From the NCBI GenBank assembly GCA_025558095.1, contig JAIVFI010000028.1, positions 372,001-436,000 of the forward strand: DNA of 64,000 bases, read 5' to 3'. Positions 56,567 to 64,000 of this stretch are shown piece after piece. The position numbers were made by a program, and so were the translations under genes. The notes under the pieces are model-generated. The model was given only the letters and a program-made list of their open reading frames with translations. It did no database searches and was not told where the DNA came from. Source of the stretch: Hyaloraphidium curvatum SAG 235-1. Lineage: Eukaryota > Fungi > Monoblepharomycota. Positions within the stretch are counted from its first letter, which is position 1. Every line of letters begins with the position of its first letter.

Positions 56567-57076
56567 ATGCCCAAGGCCGCCGAAGACCCTCATAGCCACG
56601 AGCATTCTACAGCGCCGCACCTCGCCGCGCGGCTCCCCCGTCTCTTCCCCGCGCCGGCTGCGCCCATCGAGCCCCACGTCGCGACGGAGGCCGCCAAGCA
56701 GACTGAGCATGCGGACGCTCCGGCAACCTCTCCGCACGCAAGCTCCCCCCGCCACCAGCTGATTCCGTCGATCTACGTCGCGGACGTGCTCCACCACCCC
56801 CATCCCCCTTTCGTCCACCCGCACCCCCACGCCGCGCACCCGCATGCTGCCGCGCCCCAGCAAACCTCGAATGCCGCAAGAGGGTCGGGGAGGGCCGAGG
56901 AGATGCTCCGTGACGCGCTGAAGCTGGGCGACGGGGAGCTGGAGATCGACCTGGGGAGCGCCTCCACCACCGCTCGCGAGGCCCCGGCTCCCGCGAGGCG
57001 CGGATCCAGGGGCATCACCGGGGAAGAAGTGGCCAAGGCGGCCGAGATGGTCGTTGAACATGGCATCTTTGACTAA
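56567..57076 (+). CDS. Hypothetical His/Pro-rich protein (169 aa)
   Basis: ATG-initiated ORF with host-like codon usage filling the gap between two genes. Confidence 0.5.
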   Translation: MPKAAEDPHSHEHSTAPHLAARLPRLFPAPAAPIEPHVATEAAKQTEHADAPATSPHASSPRHQLIPSIYVADVLHHPHPPFVHPHPHAAHPHAAAPQQTSNAARGSGRAEEMLRDALKLGDGELEIDLGSASTTAREAPAPARRGSRGITGEEVAKAAEMVVEHGIFD

Positions 57077-57240
57077 GAATATCGTTCGATTAGGGGGATC
57101 GTTCGTCCTCTTCTTGGGGGAGGGAAGCCACCGACTTGTGACGTCCTAGCTTGTTCGCGGGCATAGTGCAGTGCATCGTTTCATTGGTACGGTATCGTAC
57201 AGGTTTCACGGTATCAAGAGAAAAGAAATCCGCTTCCCGA

Positions 57241-59544
57241 TCACTCGGCCTCCTTGTGTCCAGCGAACCGCACCCCCTCCAACCAGCTCTCGTTCCACGC
57301 CGCGGGCCTGTACACCCCACCCTCGCCTGCCGTTTCTCCGCACCCGCCCCGTCCTCCTCGCCGGAGCTGTCGTCCAGGAACGGGTTGGCCCCCGCGTCCT
57401 CCACCGGCCGCGCGCGCGCGGCCGGTGGAAAACCCGCGGGCGCCGGCGGCGTCCTTCTTCCTGCGCGCCGGGGAGGGCGTCTTGTCGGCCGCGGCGGCCT
57501 TGCGGGGGCGCTTGGGCGCCGGCGTGGCTTCGTCCTCCGAGGTGCCATCCAGCTCGACGACCTCGACCTGCTTGGCCTTCCTCCCGCGCTTGGGCATCGG
57601 CTCCCCGTCCCCGTCCGACTCCCCGTCGAGGTCCACGACGACCCCCTTCTTCGCCCTCCTCGCGCGCTTGGGCGCCGGGCTCGGGCTCTCGCTCTCCCCA
57701 TCCTCATTCCCCAGCTCCCTCGTCTCCACCATCTTTGCCTTCCCCTTCCTCGGCGCACCCGGCTCGCCCCCCTTCCTCCCCTTGGGCGTCCTCATCCCCT
57801 CCCACTCCCGCACCATCCTCGGCGCCGCCAGCCGCGCCAGCGCAAGCGGCACCCGCACCTGCACCGGATCCGGCCAGGGGTGCGGGCCGGTGTCGCCCTC
57901 GGGGAGCGCCGAGAGGCGGACGAGCAGGCGGGCCTCGTGCGAGGCGCCGGGGTGGTCGTCCTCGGGGCGCGCGACCTTGCGGATGCGGAGCACCTCGAGG
58001 ACGGGGTTGGCGACGGCGCGGGGCTGGCTGGATTGCGCGGCCGAGGAGGCCTGCGAGGAGGCGAGGCTGCCCTGGCTCGAGGAGGGCTTGGCGTCCTTGG
58101 GCTCGCCGCCGGCGCGCTTCTTGGCCTGCCCGAAAAAGTCGGTGATGGCCGCCTGTCCCCTCGCGTCGCCCTGCGAGGAAGGCGGCGGGGACGAGTAGAC
58201 CATGCCGCCCTCCTCGAGCTCCACCTCCCCCGAGGGGCCGGCGCCGGCGTGCAGCGCCGCGTCCGCCATGCGGCGGACTTCCCACAGGCCGGCGGCCTCG
58301 GCGACCTTTTCCAGCTTGGCGTCCAGCTTGGCATGGCCCCAGCCGAAATTCTCGGCCGCAAACGCGCGCAGCCGGGCGAAATCCACGGGCCGGGAAAAGG
58401 GCCGTGCCAGGTGGTCCGTGAGCTGCGCGGGGTAACGGTCGTGCACGGCGGGGCGGAGGTACGAGAGGAGCACGCTCTCGGGGGGAAAGTCGGCGGGGAG
58501 GTTCGCGGCGGCGGCGGGCTTCTTGCGCGAGAGGAGGCCCTCGGGGTTCGAGGTCAGGTGCTCCTTGAGCATGGCCTGGATCGCGGCCCGCTCTTCCGGG
58601 GTGTAGCGCAGCTTGGCCGGGTCGCGCTCGAAGGGAGCCACGACGGCGTCGAGCAGCCGCGGGCCCAGGCCGGCGGGGTCGTCGCGCGCGAGCTCGAAGG
58701 CGGTCATGGCGCCGAGCGACTTGACGCCCGGCGTGTAGTCCGAGCCGTTGAGCAGGGCAAACAGGATGAGGGAGCGGCGCGGGAGCTGCACGTCCGGGTG
58801 CTCCGCGACGGCCGCGGCGGGGTAGATGTCCAGGGTGTCTGGCTTTGCGGGCGACGAGGGGTCGGCCGGCGGGGCGTCGCCGGGGTCCACGTCGTCGATG
58901 AGCACGGTGCCGCCCTGCGGGCCGGCGGGCGCCGACCAGCCGCGCACGAGGGCGGTCGCGCCAAACAGCAGCGTGTCGATGTCCTCACTGAGCACGGCGT
59001 CGACGAGGCCGCGACGCGACAGCTCTGCGCACTCTGCCTCCGCCTCGCTGCGCGACACGAGGCACGGCATGCCGAACAGGCCGACGAGCCTCTGGAAGCC
59101 GTCCTGCATGGCCAACACGTCCTTGCCCAGCGCGTGCGGGCGGCCGTGCTTGTGCGCCGGGCGCGAGCGCGGGTCGGGGTTGTCGAACACAAAGACGGGC
59201 AGCAGGCCCACCCGCAGCACGCGCAGCACGCGGTAGAACAGCGTGCGCAGCGGGTCGTGCGCGGCCTCGCGGGGCGTCGGGGTGCTGCCCGGCGTGCTCC
59301 TCCCCGTGGGTGCCCGCGCCGTCTGGTACATCCAGATCGACGCGTCGATCGCCACGCGGAACGGGTGCAGCCCCGCGCCGGCAGCCTGCGGCACGTCGAG
59401 AGCGTGGGAGCCCTCCGCAGAGTCCCCGGCGAACCGCGCCCGCCGCGGCCCGCACAGCGCCGCCACGCGCACGCTCTGCTTCGCAGCCTCGAGCCGCGGA
59501 AACAGCGCGCCGCCGCCGCCGCTGAGCGTGCCGCTGACTCCCAT
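57241..59544 (-). CDS. YEN1: XPG/Rad2-family Holliday junction resolvase GEN1/Yen1; 3' end uncertain (57241 or 57090)
   Basis: MGVSG start, VAIDASIW, LRTLFYR, PVFVFD, EAEAECA...SEDIDTLLFGA, GSDYTPGV (H2TH); chromodomain-like segment. Confidence 0.85.
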   Translation of the reverse strand: MGVSGTLSGGGGALFPRLEAAKQSVRVAALCGPRRARFAGDSAEGSHALDVPQAAGAGLHPFRVAIDASIWMYQTARAPTGRSTPGSTPTPREAAHDPLRTLFYRVLRVLRVGLLPVFVFDNPDPRSRPAHKHGRPHALGKDVLAMQDGFQRLVGLFGMPCLVSRSEAEAECAELSRRGLVDAVLSEDIDTLLFGATALVRGWSAPAGPQGGTVLIDDVDPGDAPPADPSSPAKPDTLDIYPAAAVAEHPDVQLPRRSLILFALLNGSDYTPGVKSLGAMTAFELARDDPAGLGPRLLDAVVAPFERDPAKLRYTPEERAAIQAMLKEHLTSNPEGLLSRKKPAAAANLPADFPPESVLLSYLRPAVHDRYPAQLTDHLARPFSRPVDFARLRAFAAENFGWGHAKLDAKLEKVAEAAGLWEVRRMADAALHAGAGPSGEVELEEGGMVYSSPPPSSQGDARGQAAITDFFGQAKKRAGGEPKDAKPSSSQGSLASSQASSAAQSSQPRAVANPVLEVLRIRKVARPEDDHPGASHEARLLVRLSALPEGDTGPHPWPDPVQVRVPLALARLAAPRMVREWEGMRTPKGRKGGEPGAPRKGKAKMVETRELGNEDGESESPSPAPKRARRAKKGVVVDLDGESDGDGEPMPKRGRKAKQVEVVELDGTSEDEATPAPKRPRKAAAADKTPSPARRKKDAAGARGFSTGRARAAGGGRGGQPVPGRQLRRGGRGGCGETAGEGGVYRPAAWNESWLEGVRFAGHKEAE

Positions 59545-59948
59545 TGGAACCGGAATGGAGATCTGTTTGGGACCGGGGTCCACAGAGTCCATGAAGACAA
59601 CGGCCCCGCTGCTCCCTCCCTGCGGGGTCTCGGTGTAATGTCATTCAAGAGAACTGCAGACTAGCTGGCCTCGGTAAACTGCTGCTTTTTGTGGCGAACG
59701 TAGTCGGAAACGTCTCACTCGCCGCCCTGCCAATACGTCTTGTCTCCGGCCGCTCGGATCTTTGTAAAGAGCTTCGCATTACAATGCGATGCTTCGCGAC
59801 ATTGCTGTTTGGAGGGTGATACCCGATGGAAGCCGACCGCCAACTTCTCTGGATCTCGTTTGGCTTCCCCAGGGTCTGACTGAGCCATGGAACTGCTGCG
59901 ACCCTGACGAAGCCAAAGTCCGAACTACGACGCCACACGCTCACAACG

Positions 59949-62900
59949 ATGTTCAAATCGGGCAAGGATTGCTTCCGCCTCGGCATCAAGTACAGGGATG
60001 GCGACGGCGTGCGGCAGGACCACGCCGAGGCCGCGCGCTGGTTCGACAAGGGCGCCCAGAAGGGCGACATCGCGTGCCTCGCCAACCTGGGCTGGCACAT
60101 CGAGCACGGCCTGGGGGCAGAGCGCGACGAAGAGACCGCCGCACAGATCTACGAGACGGCCGCCAAGAGCGGGGATGGGTTCGCCATGTACGCGCTCGCG
60201 TCGTGCTACGAACGCGGAGTGGGGGTGCTCCAGGATGTGGCGCAGGCGATGGACTGGTACCGCCGCTCTCTGGCTGCAGGCCATACGCCTGCCCGCGTCG
60301 CCTTGGACCGCCTGCAGAACGACCCGGTTGCGCTCATCGAGCTTGCGGAAGACGCATTGGAGCACGACCGCACGCGAAATGGCATCACTTGGATGCGCCG
60401 CGCAGCAGAGCTTGGCAGCGCGGATGCACAGCTGCGGATGGCCGAACTCTGCGAGGAGGACTTTCAAGGCCTCACCGGAGGCGCCCTGGAAGCGGCGCGC
60501 TGGCTGCGGGAAGCCGCTGCGAATGGTTCCGCGGAAGCTCAGGTGCAACTTGGCGACAAGTGCCTCGAAGGCGATGGGATGCCGAAGAATGAACTTGAAG
60601 CTGAGAAATGGTATCGTAGGGCTGCGGAACAGGGTGATACCGAGGGTTCCCTGGGACTGGGAAGGATTCTATTCGATCGAGAAGAGTACGAGGCGGCATT
60701 CAAGCCTCTATCCCACGCCGCTTTCAACGGTGACACCAACGCGACGCTCTACCTCGCCGAAATGCATCGCCAAGGGCTCGGGATGCCCGAAAATCTCGCT
60801 GAGGCCGAACGTCTGTACCGAGATGTTGCCGAGTTTGAGGACTCTGAAGATGCGCAGATGGGCTTAGGGCTCATTGCTTCGGAGCGCGAAGATTTCAGCG
60901 AGGCCGCACGCTGGTTCCGTAAAGCAGCGGATCAGGGACATGCACAAGCCGCATACAACCTCGGCTCTCTTTACGAACGTGGACGTGGGGTAGCTCAGAA
61001 CTTCGCGGAGGCCGCACGGTGGTACCGAACGGCAGCGGACAGCGACGACCCTGACCCGGACGCCCAGGTCAACTTGGGCTTGCTCTACGAGCGCGGCACA
61101 GGGGTGAAGCGCAACTTCAGTGAAGCCGCAAAGTACTACCGCAAAGCTGCGGATCTAGGGCACAGGAATGGGGAGACTCTTCTCGGCCACCTGTACGAGC
61201 GCGGCGAGGGCGTGGACCGCGACCTTACCAAGGCTGCCAAGTGGTATCAATTGGGCGTCGACCACGGATCCGTGGAAGCGCAGCTGAGGCTCGCAATGCT
61301 CTACGCGAAAGGGCGAGGTGTCCAACGGAACCAGGAGCGAGCCCTCGATTTGCTGAAGCAAGCAGCGGAATCCGGCCTGGTGGACGCGATGAAGTCTCTT
61401 GCAGATTGGTACGAGCACGGAACAGGCGTGGGCAAGGACCTGTCGGAGGCGCTCCGTCTCTATGAGCTTGCAGCCGAGCAGGATGAAGACGATAAGGAGA
61501 CCACTGCGGCCATTTCACGCATAAAAAAGATCCTCGAGCGCGAGCAAAAGGGCGAGCAACAGTCACAGAAGCGTGCGCCCATGCCGGAACGGCTTGCGGA
61601 ATCGTCGTCGGCACCAAAGGACCGCGCGTCACCTTTGCATCAGACTGATATAGCTGCCGGACCCCGCCGTGCGGCAGCGGACACCGTACAGCGCGCCGCA
61701 AATGCCGCTCAGCTTGCCCGAGAGCAGGAGCTCCGCCTCAAAGCAGAAGAGCTTCGTATGATGCAGGAGCAACTACGGATCGAGAAAGAGCTCGCTGAGC
61801 TCCGGCTGCAGGGAGGTGGCCCGCGGGGAGGACAAGATGCTCAAGCAATGGCAAATGATGGCGGACATGGTTCGGCGACCTCTTCACCGACGGTCACAGT
61901 CCTACCTCCACCAATCAGCGCGCGTCCCTTGGCACGCTCTTCACCAGTGATCCCAGCGCTTCCGCCGAAAAACAAAGCAAAGGACAGCGGCATTGCTGGC
62001 ATCTCTGTCAAGATCCCTGCCGTTGACAAGAAGGATGAGGGTAGCTTGCCCGTGACAGTCAACAAGATGCGCATCTCTCGTGCAGACGTCACTTACACTG
62101 AAGCCGACCGCCTTGGAGAAGGTGGTTTCGGCACGGTTTACCGTGGCTTGCTGCACGATACAACGATTGTAGCCATCAAGACCATCAAGGGGATTGTTGA
62201 CCAGCGCGCTATCAAGCTGTTCCTGCAAGAGATCAGCATATGGGGCGGCCTAACGCAACGCAACAGTGAGTTTGTCTTTTGATGCTCAACAATTCCACCG
62301 TTCTCATTCGAGCATACACTCTCCAGTCCTTCCTCTTCTTGCCTATTGCGATGACCCACCCATGATGGTATCGGAAATCGCATCGGATGGCAACATGAGG
62401 GACCATATGGGTCGAATCGAGTGGGATCAAGTCAAGGGTCTCGACTATCTTCGCGGAGTTGCTGATGGCATGGCCTTTCTGCACTCTTTTAACGTTCTTC
62501 ATGGAGACCTGAAGTGCATGAACGTTCTAATAGGTACGTCACTCCTCTTGGTTCCGCGCTGGGTTCAATCAGTGATGTGACTTCGTTGTTCTAGACCACG
62601 GCATTGCCAAGATAGCCGACTTCGGCCTTTCTCGCATTCGTTCCATTTCAGCTGCTTCAACGAATTCCAAGACCGACTCGGTATCCGGAACCCCTTCCTT
62701 CATGGCACCTGAGCTCTTCCAAGGCAAGAAGCTGCAAGCGCCTGCCGATGTCTATGCATTCGCCATGGTGATGTTTGAAGTTACGAGCAAAGGGGAGTTT
62801 CCGTTAGAACATGTTCATGCGACGGTCGTAGGTTTCCACGGGCTTGCCTTGCTTTGGGCCGTCTCACATAATCGCGGCTGGTCAACAGATTCACCTCGTT

Positions 62901-63047
62901 GTTCTAGAAGGCGGGCGTCCTGAACGCCCGGATTTGGCGACCGATGAAGCGTGGGCACTCATGCAGAGGATGTGGGAGCAGGATCCTGCCACCCGGCCAA
63001 GCTTCAGGGAGGTGCGCCTTGAGCTAGCCTCGTGGGCTTGGCAGTAG
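59949..63047 (+). CDS. Sel1-like repeat protein with C-terminal TKL-type protein kinase, multi-exon
   Basis: About a dozen SLR repeats (AAYNLGSLYERGRGVAQNFAEAARWY); LGEGGFG, VAIK, HGDLKCMNVL, DFG, GTPSFMAPE, DVYAF. Confidence 0.92.
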
Positions 63048-63336
63048 CGACGAGGGACTGTTGAAGATGTGGAACATCAATGCTAGGATGTGCATGATGC
63101 AGTGTATGCGTATATTACTATCGCACATTCATTACACTACAGTAGGCTGCATGCATCATGAAGGTGTGTCTTCGATGGGGCAGATCATGAGCAGACCTCG
63201 AATCCCGTGTCTATTCCACCGAAAAAAGGGCCTAACCAACATAGAAGAAGAAGTTTCAGAGCAAAGAACGAGTACCTTCATGCGTATCAGCAGCGGGCCT
63301 GTGGGCGATGGCCCGAGAACCCACATGAAGGCGAAG

Positions 63337-64000
63337 TCAGTAGGCCAGCTCCTCCACGCGCGCGGCCCAGCGGTGGTAGGCGACCAGAAGGAGCATGGCG
63401 TCGGCGAGTTCGTCCTTTTTGCCGGGCATCTCGAAGATCGCGGCCACGGTGCCGGCAACAACCATGCCGCCGAAGTTGGCGTTGCCGATCATGTGCCGCG
63501 CACGTTCGACAGCTCGGGCCTTGCGGTACTTGTAGCGGCGCTTGCTCACCGCGGTCTTCTGCTTGCTGGTCATGTTCTGGTGCGCGGTGGGAGCGCCGAC
63601 CATGAGCCCGAACTCGGCGTCAATGCGCTTGGGGTCGACCAGCAGGACCTTGAAGCCGGCGGCAGACAGCGCGGCCACCATGGTGACTTCCCAGGCCACG
63701 AACTTGTGGGTGCCCTTGCGGACCTGGAAGTTGGTGCGGCCGTCGACGACATGCTGGCGCTCGAGGACGATGGTGACCTCCACGGGGTTGATCCCGGTCT
63801 CGGCGAGGGCGGCCGAGAGCCGCTCGGTCAAGGCACGGCCCCAGAAGACGAAGCGCTCGGCGCGATACCCTTCCGTCGCGAGGGGCACGGTTTCGAGGAC
63901 GCCGACGGAGGATAGCACCCCGAGCTGGTTGTCGTGGAGGGCGTACCAGGAGCGCTTGAGGCCCGGGTCGATGGCGAGGCGGTGGCGCGTCGGATAGATC
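63337..64000 (-). CDS. RuvC-like Holliday junction resolvase (poxvirus A22/NCLDV-like or Ydc2-like), 5'-truncated by window
   Basis: Frame extends to the edge: LAIDPGLK...IVLERQ...RYKYRKARAVE...KKDELADAMLL. Confidence 0.75.
   Translation of the reverse strand, partial: IYPTRHRLAIDPGLKRSWYALHDNQLGVLSSVGVLETVPLATEGYRAERFVFWGRALTERLSAALAETGINPVEVTIVLERQHVVDGRTNFQVRKGTHKFVAWEVTMVAALSAAGFKVLLVDPKRIDAEFGLMVGAPTAHQNMTSKQKTAVSKRRYKYRKARAVERARHMIGNANFGGMVVAGTVAAIFEMPGKKDELADAMLLLVAYHRWAARVEELAY

Noticed and set aside
57151-59664. 837-aa plus-strand ORF
   Set aside because: Antisense shadow of GEN1/Yen1 caused by extreme GC3.
57241-64000. Functional cluster of two Holliday junction resolvases
   Set aside because: Unrelated folds separated by a kinase gene; no evidence beyond proximity.

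Overview
Gene-dense, GC-rich eukaryotic DNA with short (about 45-70 nt) spliceosomal introns. The gene content is most consistent with an early-diverging (zoosporic-type) fungus; this is inferred, not verified. 1-23.3 kb is a tightly packed housekeeping block: signal peptide peptidase, Mrc1/claspin head-to-head with an MDC1-like FHA+BRCT2 gene, mitochondrial uL2, RNF10/Mag2, arginase head-to-head with IML1/DEPDC5, HIS3 and SHP1/p47. 23.5-36.8 kb is a CpG-depleted transposon graveyard: non-LTR retrotransposon pieces, a nested TA-flanked DD96E Sailor-like element, a MITE, MULE-, Helitron- and tyrosine-recombinase remnants, and one intact multi-TM gene. An NYN-domain gene and a beta-TrCP-like F-box gene follow. 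The main discovery is at 40257-48562: the apparently separate ORFs join through six GT-AG introns into one reading frame of about 2650 aa. It has an N-terminal IS630/Tc1-type DDE transposase (DD56E) fused, via zinc fingers, to a giant Fanzor1 (TnpB-like RuvC, intact D-E-D, Zn ribbon, NLS-like tail), and is followed by a structured candidate omegaRNA region. The rest holds a GH16 gene, an NmrA-like gene, LSM5, BCKDH E1-alpha, TANGO2, GEN1/Yen1, a Sel1-repeat kinase and a truncated virus-like RuvC resolvase at the window edge. All calls come from manual motif recognition; no database searches were run.
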